Assembly (NCBI GenBank): GCA_016188915.1
Contig: JACPGU010000002.1
Coordinates: 158,346-222,345, forward strand
Origin: Candidatus Microgenomates bacterium
GTDB lineage: Bacteria > Patescibacteriota > JACPGU01
Length of the DNA: 64,000 nt
Direction of reading: 5' to 3'
Each line of letters starts with the position of its first letter. The stretch's first letter is position 1. Under the pieces are notes generated by a model. The model was given only the letters and a program-made list of their open reading frames with translations. It was not told where the DNA came from and did not search any database. Position numbers and translations under genes: made by a program. Below are positions 9,847-18,005 of the stretch, piece by piece.

Positions 9847-9921
9847 TGGGTCCACTGGGATTTGAACCCAGGACACCTTGCTTAAAAGGCAAGTGCTCTA
9901 ACCGGGCTGAGCTATGGACCC
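9847..9921 (-). tRNA. tRNA-Lys (anticodon UUU)
   Basis: The reverse complement GGGTCCATAGCTCAGCCCGGTTAGAGCACTTGCCTTTTAAGCAAGGTGTCCTGGGTTCAAATCCCAGTGGACCCA folds as a cloverleaf. The anticodon loop is CTTTTAA and the T-arm is GGGTTCAAATCC. Confidence 0.85.
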
Positions 9922-9971
9922 AAACTGCTCAAAGATTTTAACATATCCGAGGCTTTTTTTCAAGATAAAAC

Positions 9972-9998
9972 AAAAATCTCCGCTATCCGGAGATTTTT
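9972..9998 (-). terminator. Rho-independent terminator (perfect 11-bp stem) downstream of membrane protein gene 10020-10547; bidirectional U-tracts
   Basis: aaaaatctccg-ctatc-cggagattttt followed by gtttttg; T-runs on both strands. Confidence 0.7.
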
Positions 9999-10019
9999 GT
10001 TTTTGTAATTCCGGAATGG

Positions 10020-10547
10020 TTATTCTTCTCCCCCGGATTTTTTAAAGCCTAGAAGCACCATCAAAATTATTGGCAAAACCATCCACCAAATCTGATATTG
10101 AGTGATTTCGTTAATCCAGTGCGATTGAGTGAGGAGATCGGTTCTCTGGGCATCGTTCAAAAAAGAAATAATAGCTGTGATTATCAGTCCGGCGTTTAAA
10201 AAACTATACATAGCGGCAAAAATAATAGAACCAAAACCTTCATGGATAGTAGAAGCTTTTTTCAAAAAATCTCCTTTAACTATCAAAAGCAAGGTAATCA
10301 AAATAAAAATAATGGCCTTAACAATAAAAGGAGAGGTAGTGGCGGTGATAGACAAAGTAGAGCCGATCTGAGTAGTAGTACTACCACCCATAGCAGCGTA
10401 TAAAGCATTGCCACCAATATTGGCGGCCACGAGCCCCATATATGAAGCAATGACACCGACCACAGCTCTCTCTCGTCCCAAGGCCACACCGAAAACCACA
10501 GCTACAATGAAAAAAATAATAACGAAAAGATCCCAACTGGGGGTCAT
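10020..10547 (-). CDS. Integral membrane protein, CvpA-like (colicin V production family) hypothetical
   Basis: 175 aa with four predicted TM helices. The N-terminus (DLFVIIFFIVAVVFGVALGRERAVVGVIASYMGL) resembles CvpA-family proteins. The assignment is tentative. Confidence 0.45.
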   Translation of the reverse strand: MTPSWDLFVIIFFIVAVVFGVALGRERAVVGVIASYMGLVAANIGGNALYAAMGGSTTTQIGSTLSITATTSPFIVKAIIFILITLLLIVKGDFLKKASTIHEGFGSIIFAAMYSFLNAGLIITAIISFLNDAQRTDLLTQSHWINEITQYQIWWMVLPIILMVLLGFKKSGGEE

Positions 10548-10615
10548 GATTTTGTTTTTATTTATCTATCTTAAATATACTATCTTTTGTTTTTGTGTCA
10601 AGTTTTTTAAGAGAA

Positions 10616-11647
10616 CTAGTAGCTATAGACATCAATGATTCTGCCTTCGCGATTGGTAAGATAGGCTGGTTCTCCGTAGCGATTCCAAACAGATTCTTTA
10701 GTATCAAAAGAGAATCTACCGCCATCGGTTTTTATTCTTACGGTATCACCCGCCCCTAAAATATATTCAGAGAAAAGAAAAATATTTTGATCGGTATCGG
10801 AAATAGTCCAAACGGAGATATCTTCTTCTATGCCACCGGTATTTTTTAATTCAATATATTCAGTGCCCGGATCGTTAGAATAATGAACATAGCTGATAAT
10901 AATCTTGGAGGGGTTGGGAGTAGGTTCGGGCACAGGTTCGGGCACGGGTTCGGTTATCGGTTCTGGACTTGGGGTTATTGGTGTCGGAGGTGATTCTTGT
11001 GGCAATTCTTTTTTTTCATCTTCTTTTTTCTCAACGATAATTATCTCCTCGGTTTTTTTCTTGCCATTATCTACGACGATGTTGATTTCGTTAGGGCCTG
11101 GGGCAAGAGGGACAGTGGCCTGAAAATTTCCTTTAAGGTCGGGAGACACGGGCTGTTCTTCTACAACCACTTCATTTTGCGGTTCAGTAGTGCCTTTAAC
11201 TATTATCTCATCGGCAGTAGTGGAAGTATTATTTTGAGGTTCTATTATCGCAAGCGCTGGAGGATCGATGATGTAGTTTATTTTTTGAATAGGACTTTTC
11301 TTTTCTTTATCATTCTCATCTATCCCTATCGCCTGAATGATATTTTCTCCCTCTTCTAGAGTGACGGCAGCCGAGAATTCTCCTTCGTTATTGGCGGTAG
11401 TGGAGCTATTTTTTTCTTTATTTACAAAAATATCCACATCTGACTCTGGCTTAACATTATCACCGCGAATAGTAATGGGATTTTCATGAACGCTGTCTGG
11501 CAAATTTTCTAATTTGGGCTGACCTTTTGAAAGTTCGTTCTGCGAGGTGGAAAAAACAAGTAAAATACTGGCGACAGCAACAATAGTGGCCTTTACCCCG
11601 ATGCCTGTGGAAGATATTTTTTTGGTGTGATGGGCTATTTTTTTCAT
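10616..11647 (-). CDS. Secreted protein with Ig-like repeats, Pro-rich linker and C-terminal lamin-tail-domain (LTD)
   Basis: The LTD signature is at the C-terminus (EYIELKNTGGIEEDISVWTISDTD...GAGDTVRIKT). The PEPITEPVPEPVPEPTP linker is encoded by ggttcgggcac-type repeats at about 10905-10975. There is an N-terminal TM/signal (ATIVAVASILLVFS). Confidence 0.6.
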   Translation of the reverse strand: MKKIAHHTKKISSTGIGVKATIVAVASILLVFSTSQNELSKGQPKLENLPDSVHENPITIRGDNVKPESDVDIFVNKEKNSSTTANNEGEFSAAVTLEEGENIIQAIGIDENDKEKKSPIQKINYIIDPPALAIIEPQNNTSTTADEIIVKGTTEPQNEVVVEEQPVSPDLKGNFQATVPLAPGPNEINIVVDNGKKKTEEIIIVEKKEDEKKELPQESPPTPITPSPEPITEPVPEPVPEPTPNPSKIIISYVHYSNDPGTEYIELKNTGGIEEDISVWTISDTDQNIFLFSEYILGAGDTVRIKTDGGRFSFDTKESVWNRYGEPAYLTNREGRIIDVYSY

Positions 11648-11723
11648 AAAAAAGGAGGGCAAATTTGCCCTCCTTTTTTATTCTTTACCCTATCCTATCT
11701 TTTCTTCCGATGACAGGCAAGGT

Positions 11724-12803
11724 TTATTTTTCTTCAGCGATCTTTTTTAATTTTTCTAAAAGCTCTTTTTCTTCTCGGGATAGATTTTTAGGAACGGCAA
11801 TAATGATATTAACTAGATGATCGCCATGACCATGCCCGGTAGGGCTTGCTACTCCTTTGCCCCTTAAAACGAAATGCGTGTGCGATTTTGTGCCGGCTGG
11901 AATATTCAAGATAATTGGACCGTGGATTGTTTCTATTTTTATTTTGTCTCCTAGGACTGCTTGAGCGAAAGAGATTTCTTGGTCGGTCATAATGTCAGTC
12001 CCTTCTCTGGTAAATTTTTTGCTCGGCAGGACTTTTATCCTCAAATACAAATCGCCAGAAACATTTTGCCCAGCTTCACCTTTTTCGGCAAGCCTGATGG
12101 TTGAGTCTTCGTCTACTCCGGCCGGTATTTTGACTCTAACATCTTTGTTTTGGCGAGTTTTTCCTTTGCCGTGGCATTTGGAGCATGTGATTTCTGGGAT
12201 TTCTCCGCGTCCTTCGCAGGTATGGCAAATAGTTGTTTGCGCGAAAGAACCCAATATAGTTCGGGTAGTTTTTTGAACTTTGCCAGCCCCTTGGCAAGTA
12301 GAGCATTTTTTTAGTTTCTCTCCTCCTTTGCCACCACAAACAAGACAAAAATCCATAATAGAGTAGGCAATTTCTTTTTCCGCACCGAAAACTGCCTCCT
12401 CAAAAGTTAGCTGGAGTATTATCTCTATATCGCGACCCCTACCCCTGTCTTTTTGCCCTCTTGCTCCGCCAAAGAAAATATCAAACATATCATCTATTCC
12501 GCCAAAGTTTGTATTTTGGCCGAATCCTGAAAAATCAAAACCGCCTTGCGAAAATCCGCTAAATCCTCCTCTTCCAGAAGAGCCAAAATCGGTCGTCCCG
12601 AATTGATCGTATTGAGATCTTTTTTCTTGGTCAGAAAGGACCTGATAAGCTTCGTTGATTTCTTTGAATTTTTCTTCCGCGTTCTTCTCTTTGTTTACGT
12701 CCGGATGATATTTTACCGCCAATTTTTTGAAGGCACGCTTAATATCATCAGCGGAAGCTGATTTTGGAACACCTAGGATTTGATAATAATCTTTGCTGGG
12801 CAC
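11724..12803 (-). CDS. dnaJ: Molecular chaperone DnaJ
   Basis: The J-domain is [13 protein letters not shown]...KYHPD. A G/F-rich region is followed by a 4x CxxCxGxG zinc finger ([32 protein letters not shown]). Confidence 0.95.
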   Translation of the reverse strand: MPSKDYYQILGVPKSASADDIKRAFKKLAVKYHPDVNKEKNAEEKFKEINEAYQVLSDQEKRSQYDQFGTTDFGSSGRGGFSGFSQGGFDFSGFGQNTNFGGIDDMFDIFFGGARGQKDRGRGRDIEIILQLTFEEAVFGAEKEIAYSIMDFCLVCGGKGGEKLKKCSTCQGAGKVQKTTRTILGSFAQTTICHTCEGRGEIPEITCSKCHGKGKTRQNKDVRVKIPAGVDEDSTIRLAEKGEAGQNVSGDLYLRIKVLPSKKFTREGTDIMTDQEISFAQAVLGDKIKIETIHGPIILNIPAGTKSHTHFVLRGKGVASPTGHGHGDHLVNIIIAVPKNLSREEKELLEKLKKIAEEK

Positions 12804-12842
12804 AAATATTGTTTACTTAATGTATTGAGCATGTATTGGACG

Positions 12843-12870
12843 AAAAAAGTGGGACTGCCCACTTTTTTCA
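12843..12870 (-). terminator. Rho-independent terminator after hypothetical gene 12895-13578 (upstream of dnaJ promoter region)
   Basis: aaaaaagtggg-actg-cccactttttt hairpin with flanking A/T tracts. Confidence 0.6.
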
Positions 12871-12894
12871 AAGGAAAATATTTTGTTTATATCT

Positions 12895-13578
12895 TTACAT
12901 TTTTTTACCGCTGTTGGCGTCTATTTCGTAGGAAAAAGCCGCTTCATTGTCAATGACGTATTCTACTTTCCATGAAAGATAGCGATCTTTGAGTGCTGAA
13001 AGCAGGATATTGGCATCATAAGATTTGCCCATAGAACGAATCTTGTCTCCGCCAGCCTTGTCCGCTTCTTTGAGGGCGTCTAGATATGACAATTTCATGT
13101 ATTTTAGCGGGACAGCGACAGTGGCCGGATCTAGAAAATAATCTTCTTTGTAATAAATAGCTCGACGATAGTTGCTATCTCCCTCGGTATTTTTGTCTTG
13201 GTCAATTTCTATGGTCCAATAATATTCAGCCATAGAGGGAGACAGAAAGACATATGTATTGGAACCAAGGGCGGTTTTGATACTGCCTTTATAGCGGATG
13301 AGCTTGGCTATCAGAACAGAATCGTCACGCCATTCTCTCGCTTTCGTAAAAGCATAATCAAATTCCTGATTGACCTGTTCTGATAAAGTAGCGATTTCTT
13401 CATCGGATAGAGGATAGGCATTATTGTTTTGGATAGCATTTTGATCAGAACCTGCATTTTCTTTGCTACTTGAAGAGTAAGACTGACCTTTATTGGTGAA
13501 AAAAAATCTTTGACCAAAAATCAAGCCACCCGCCAAAACAATCAAAACTGCCGATATGACAAGAATTTTTTTATTCAT
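12895..13578 (-). CDS. Hypothetical secreted/membrane-anchored protein located between dnaK and dnaJ
   Basis: 227 aa with an N-terminal signal/anchor (MNKKILVISAVLIVLAGGLIFG). I recognise no conserved motif. Coding-like composition and the flanking terminator support a real gene. Confidence 0.5.
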   Translation of the reverse strand: MNKKILVISAVLIVLAGGLIFGQRFFFTNKGQSYSSSSKENAGSDQNAIQNNNAYPLSDEEIATLSEQVNQEFDYAFTKAREWRDDSVLIAKLIRYKGSIKTALGSNTYVFLSPSMAEYYWTIEIDQDKNTEGDSNYRRAIYYKEDYFLDPATVAVPLKYMKLSYLDALKEADKAGGDKIRSMGKSYDANILLSALKDRYLSWKVEYVIDNEAAFSYEIDANSGKKM

Positions 13579-13700
13579 ATTTTTGTTTTAGTTTTGAAGA
13601 CTATTTTTTTCATTGTAGTCTTTCTGTTTGAAAGGTGCAACACTAAAGTTTTTTTTAAAAACTTTGGAAAACATAAAATATCAACTTTCAATCTCCGATC

Positions 13701-13728
13701 TGAAATCTGCAATTTGCAATTTGCAATT
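13701..13728. repeat. Heptanucleotide tandem repeat (TGCAATT)x3 preceded by TGAAATC
   Basis: tgaaatc tgcaatt tgcaatt tgcaatt cg lies in the intergenic DNA just downstream of the dnaK stop. Confidence 0.85.
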
Positions 13729-13730
13729 CG

Positions 13731-15644
13731 TTACTTTCCTTCCTGATATTCTCCCTCTACTGTCTCATCCTTTTGTTGTTCGGTTGCTGAGTTCTTCTGT
13801 TCTTCCGCTTCCGTCTCCCCTTGTTCATTGTTCTTTGCTCCTTGGTCCTTGTAGATAGCTTCCCCAATCTTTTGACTCGCCGTCATCAGCTCTTCAGTTT
13901 GCTTTTTGATTGTCTCAAGGTCTTCACTCTTCATTGTTTCTTTCAAGACCGTGATTTTTTCTTCAACTTCTTTTACCACTGTTTCGTCTAGTTTCTCTTT
14001 GTTGTCGCGAATCGCTTTTTCGGTGGAATAAATCAATGTTTCTGCCATATTCTTGGCTTCAACATTTTCTTTCTTTTTCTTGTCTTCTTCGGCGTGCAGT
14101 TCGGCTTCTTTAGCCATTTTTTCCACTTCTTCTTTGGAGAGACCGGAAGAGCCGGTAATAGTGATTTTTTGCTCCTTGTTGGTCCCTTTGTCCACTGCCT
14201 TGACATTCAAAATACCGTTAGCGTCAATGTCAAAAGATACTTCTACTTGTGGCACACCTCGAGGCGCCGGCGCGATGCCATCTAAAATAAATCGGCCGAG
14301 CGTTTTGTTATCAGTTGCCATTTCTCTTTCACCTTGGAGAATATGAATTTCAACCGATGGCTGATTGTCCGCCGCGGTGGAGAATACTTGCGTTTTGCTG
14401 GTCGGCACGGTGGTATTTCTTTCAATCAATTTCGTGGAAATCCCGCCCATCGTCTCAATGCCCAGCGACAAAGGAGTCACATCCAAGAGCAGGACATCTT
14501 TGACATCGCCACCCAAGACACCACCCTGGATAGCGGCGCCGATGGCGACTACTTCATCGGGGTTAACACCCTGATGCGGATCTTTGCCAAAAAACTTTTT
14601 GACTGCTTCTACGACCAAGGGCATTCTCGTCATACCGCCGACCAAGATTACTTCGTCTATCTCGGAGGTCTTCAGCCCCGCGTCTTTGAGCGCGTTCTCG
14701 CACGGCTTCAAAGTCATCTCTACCAGTTCGCCGACTATTTTTTCTAGTTGGGCCCTTGTAAATTTGATGTTCAAATGTTTCGGACCAGCGCTATCGGCTG
14801 TAATGAAGGGGATATTGATATCCGTTTCCATACTGGAAGACAGCTCATGCTTGGCCTTTTCCGCGCCTTCCTTCAATCTTTGCAGAGCCATTTTGTCGCT
14901 CGTGAGATCTATCCCCTCTGTTTTTTTGAATTCAGCAATCAGCCAGTCAATTATTTTTTGGTCGAAGTCGTCGCCACCGAGATGCGTATTGCCGTTGGTG
15001 GATTTCACTTCAAAAACTCCGTCTCCCAGCTCCAAAATAGAAATATCAAAAGTTCCACCTCCGAGGTCGTAGACGGCAACTTTTTCGTTCTTTTTCTTGT
15101 CCAAGCCGTAGGCCAGCGCCGCCGCGGTCGGTTCGTTGATGATTCTTTTGACATCCAAGCCCGCTATTTTACCCGCATCCTTAGTGGCTTGTCTTTGCGC
15201 GTCGTTGAAATAGGCCGGTACGGTGATAACGGCTTCTGTTACCTTTTCGCCGAGGAAGGACTCCGCGTCGGCTTTCAGTTTGCTCAAAACCATGGCCGAG
15301 ATTTCAGGAGCGGAATAGCTTTTGTCGCCCATTTTCACCATCACATGGTCGTCTTTACCCTTTTCTATATGGTAGGGCATGGTTTTGATGTCTTTCTGTG
15401 TTTCTTTATCAGAATACGAACGACCGATAAATCTTTTTACTGAAAAAACGGTGTTGTCGGAATTGGTGACCGCTTGTCTTTTGGCGATCTGCCCAACCAG
15501 TCGTTCACCAGTCTTCGTTGTCGCCACGATAGAGGGAGTCGTCCTATTCCCCTCCGCATTCGTTATAATCTCCGCCTTCCCACCCCTCATCACCGCAACC
15601 GCGGAGTTAGTTGTGCCTAAATAGATACCTATGATTTTTGACAT
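13731..15644 (-). CDS. dnaK: Molecular chaperone DnaK (Hsp70)
   Basis: 637 aa. It begins [19 protein letters not shown], carries the DLGGGTFD and [11 protein letters not shown] motifs, and is Hsp70-like throughout. Confidence 0.97.
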   Translation of the reverse strand: MSKIIGIYLGTTNSAVAVMRGGKAEIITNAEGNRTTPSIVATTKTGERLVGQIAKRQAVTNSDNTVFSVKRFIGRSYSDKETQKDIKTMPYHIEKGKDDHVMVKMGDKSYSAPEISAMVLSKLKADAESFLGEKVTEAVITVPAYFNDAQRQATKDAGKIAGLDVKRIINEPTAAALAYGLDKKKNEKVAVYDLGGGTFDISILELGDGVFEVKSTNGNTHLGGDDFDQKIIDWLIAEFKKTEGIDLTSDKMALQRLKEGAEKAKHELSSSMETDINIPFITADSAGPKHLNIKFTRAQLEKIVGELVEMTLKPCENALKDAGLKTSEIDEVILVGGMTRMPLVVEAVKKFFGKDPHQGVNPDEVVAIGAAIQGGVLGGDVKDVLLLDVTPLSLGIETMGGISTKLIERNTTVPTSKTQVFSTAADNQPSVEIHILQGEREMATDNKTLGRFILDGIAPAPRGVPQVEVSFDIDANGILNVKAVDKGTNKEQKITITGSSGLSKEEVEKMAKEAELHAEEDKKKKENVEAKNMAETLIYSTEKAIRDNKEKLDETVVKEVEEKITVLKETMKSEDLETIKKQTEELMTASQKIGEAIYKDQGAKNNEQGETEAEEQKNSATEQQKDETVEGEYQEGK

Positions 15645-15715
15645 ATATGCTCCTTTCTTTTAATTAGATATTGTTATTGAATTAGTTTAATATTTTGCTT
15701 AAATAAGGTATTTAC

Positions 15716-15743
15716 TTGACAAATAATACTATTGCTGTATAAT
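15716..15743 (+). promoter_or_regulatory. Consensus sigma70-type promoter (TTGACA-16 nt-TATAAT) reading away from dnaK into the dnaK-grpE spacer
   Basis: ttgaca at 15716-15721, a 16-nt spacer, then tataat at 15738-15743. The -10 overlaps the ATG of small ORF 15742-15930, so that ATG would not be in the transcript. Confidence 0.5.
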
Positions 15744-15930
15744 GTCATTACCTAAAGACGAAGTCTTAATATTTTGCCTAACCCAGTTTCGTCCAGGATT
15801 AGGATGGGGAAGTTTCGCATTATTTGGAGCTGTAATCGCGTCGGTATTCGACCTTTTCATGTGGTTTGTTATCTTAGCCGACAGGAAGGGTAAAAAAGAA
15901 GGAGGCAAAAAGCGCAATGAAAAACTCTGA
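15742..15930 (+). CDS. Possible small (62 aa) single-TM protein; doubtful
   Basis: There is a hydrophobic helix GLGWGSFALFGAVIASVFDLFMWFVILA. The start codon is embedded in the -10 element of the adjacent promoter, so translation from this ATG is questionable. Confidence 0.25.
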   Translation: MSLPKDEVLIFCLTQFRPGLGWGSFALFGAVIASVFDLFMWFVILADRKGKKEGGKKRNEKL

Positions 15931-16356
15931 TCAGTTCCTTGTAGATTTGATAGGCAGGAATATTTTCGCCACAGGATTCTTGGTTCTTGGCCTCATCTTG
16001 CTTGCCTTGACGGCCTGCGGATATCTCTGAATCTTCTGGTCGAAACATCTCTTGTTCTCCTGTTGGCTCCATGCTCTGCGTGGAGCCAATTTGTTTTTTA
16101 TCTGTCATCCTCGAGCTCATGTTCGGTAATCCGAGCAGGAAATCGAGGATCCAGTACATTCGAAATATAATAATATTCTATTCTTGTTGTTCTGGATTCC
16201 GCATCAAGTGCGGAATGACAATTTTGCTTATCAACTTACTTGCTTATTGGCTTTTTCAACTGTCGACAAATTGTCGGCAGTTGATTTTTTTAACAATATA
16301 GCAGTGTAGCAATATAACCCTCCGCTCGCTTTTTAATTTCTTAATTTTTTATTTTC

Positions 16357-16836
16357 TTAGTTTCTTTTCTTCGCCACTTTCACCCTCGGATACTTCACCA
16401 CTCTTTCGCCGATTCGGTAGCCGGGTTCGAATTCCTCCAAAATCATTCCCTCCTCTCCCTCCGACTCTTCTTCCAGTAACGCTTCGTGGAGATTAGGGTC
16501 AAATTTCTGTCCAACCGTGATCATTTTTTCTAATCCTTCTTTTTTCAACAATTCATCCAGCTGGATTTTGATGGCGACAATGCCTTTTGTCCACTCGCTT
16601 TCTTTTTGCTCGGTCGGAATAGCGCCAATCGCTTTTTCAAAATTGGCGACAATCGGCAACATTCCGCTGACGGAATTGACTTTCAAAAACTGCACGACCA
16701 TTTCTTTTTCCTTTCCCACCTGTTTCTTGTAATTATCCAGATCCGCCATAGCGCGTTTCCAGCCATTCAAATACTCTTCCTTTTCGGCGACAATTTGTTC
16801 AATTTCCGTAGGCTTTTTTGGTTTAGGCATTTTCAT
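16357..16836 (-). CDS. grpE: Nucleotide exchange factor GrpE
   Basis: 159 aa. It has the DNYKKQ motif (GrpE DNxRKR-like), a coiled-coil N-terminus and a beta C-terminal region. Its position between hrcA and dnaK matches the canonical operon. Confidence 0.8.
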   Translation of the reverse strand: MKMPKPKKPTEIEQIVAEKEEYLNGWKRAMADLDNYKKQVGKEKEMVVQFLKVNSVSGMLPIVANFEKAIGAIPTEQKESEWTKGIVAIKIQLDELLKKEGLEKMITVGQKFDPNLHEALLEEESEGEEGMILEEFEPGYRIGERVVKYPRVKVAKKRN

Positions 16837-16954
16837 AATTTTTAATTTTGTAATTTTTAATTTTGTAAATAAATCCTAATTTCTAAATTTTTAAAAATTA
16901 AGACATTGAGACATTATTTCAAAAATTAAAAATTCAAAAATTGTAAAAATTAAA

Positions 16955-17641
16955 CTATTCCAACATCCTCTTTCTCTGCAAAACTCCCGCTAATTTTTCC
17001 AAATAAGGGATAATCACTTGATATGGCATTCTCGTTGGTCCGACAACTCCCAAGACACAAGGTTGCGTGCCAAAGAGGAAACAGACGGCGACAGTGGAAA
17101 AATCTTGCGCGCCTTGGTAGGCATTCTCTCTGCCGACATAAACTCTGGCTTTTCCTAATCCGTCAAATTCCAATACTTGCACGAAATCCGGTAGATTGTC
17201 TATCAGGCGGGCGAAACGCACCGCGATCTCTTGCTCGGCAAATTCTTTTTTGCTCAAAGTTTCGGCCAGCCCCCAGGCGCGCAGGATGGTCGGCGTCACG
17301 CAAAAGGCGGTGTTATTTCCCGAAGCAACGGAAACCAGCTTTAAAATCTTGTCCAGTCCTCTTTTTTCCGCGAATTCTTTCAAGTCCTCTGCTTCCGGGA
17401 ATTTTTTGGTTGAAGTCAGATGGTCAATGTAGGCGCGATAACCTTTTTCAGTCGGGATTCTGCCCGCGGAAGTGTGCGGTTGACAGATCAGACCTTCTTT
17501 TTCGAGACGACTCATCTCACCCCTGATAGTCGCCGGCGAAAAGCCCAAAAATCCCGCCATCACCCTTGACCCCACCGGATCGGAGGTAGTGATGAATTCT
17601 TCCACGATAGATTGTAGTATATTGTCTTTCCGGGATGACAT
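16955..17641 (-). CDS. hrcA: Heat-inducible transcription repressor HrcA (short, 228 aa form)
   Basis: The N-terminal winged-HTH is typical of HrcA (ILQSIVEEFITTSDPVGSRVMAGFLGFSPATIRGEMSRLEKEGLICQPHTSAGRIPTEKGYRAYIDHL). The protein is shorter than the usual roughly 340 aa. A CIRCE element lies about 200 bp upstream. Confidence 0.7.
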   Translation of the reverse strand: MSSRKDNILQSIVEEFITTSDPVGSRVMAGFLGFSPATIRGEMSRLEKEGLICQPHTSAGRIPTEKGYRAYIDHLTSTKKFPEAEDLKEFAEKRGLDKILKLVSVASGNNTAFCVTPTILRAWGLAETLSKKEFAEQEIAVRFARLIDNLPDFVQVLEFDGLGKARVYVGRENAYQGAQDFSTVAVCFLFGTQPCVLGVVGPTRMPYQVIIPYLEKLAGVLQRKRMLE

Positions 17642-17650
17642 GGTTTTTGC

Positions 17651-17826
17651 AATTTCTAATTAACCTAATTGCTCTAATTTCTCCCGCCACCATATTGCAG
17701 ATTATCAATGTAGGCGGGATCCCGCTATAAGCGGTGGTAAAAAATAACTAATGAGCCAATGCCTAAAATTGGGATTTTGTGTTTGGTTTTTTTAGGTCAA
17801 TTAGATCAATTAGAAATTAGGTCAAT
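17651..17826. repeat. MITE-like dispersed intergenic repeat, copy A (related copy at 28450-28580), with inverted ends aattaacctaatt ... aattaggtcaatt
   Basis: The internal segment aatttctaatt[a/g]acctaattgctctaatt matches copy B at 27 of 28 positions. Both copies share attagatcaattagaaatta. Copy A contains the palindrome gcgggatcccgc. Confidence 0.6.
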
Positions 17827-17833
17827 TTGCTAT

Positions 17834-17860
17834 CTGGCACTCTCCTATACCGAGTGCTAA
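17834..17860. promoter_or_regulatory. CIRCE operator (HrcA binding site) in hrcA upstream region
   Basis: cTgGCACTC-tcctatacc-GAGTGCTAA versus the consensus TTAGCACTC-N9-GAGTGCTAA (16 of 18 positions, perfect 9-nt spacer). Confidence 0.7.
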
Positions 17861-18005
17861 TATGTACATTGTACCCAAAATAAAAAACCCGTCAAGAGAT
17901 TTTTATGTACTTTACTTTATCGCTTAGTTATGCTATAATTTGAATAGTTCATATGAAGGTGTCAAGAAGTCCTTTTACAAAATAAACCTCAAAGGAGAGT
18001 CCGTC

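Noticed and set aside
14053-15624. Multiple 60-230-aa ORFs on the plus strand inside dnaK (14053..14346, 14334..14747, 14584..15072, 14748..15443 and others)
   Set aside because: They are antisense to a highly conserved Hsp70 gene. Their translations are low-complexity or S/P/F-rich, with no RBS or motif. They are shadow ORFs of a GC-balanced gene.
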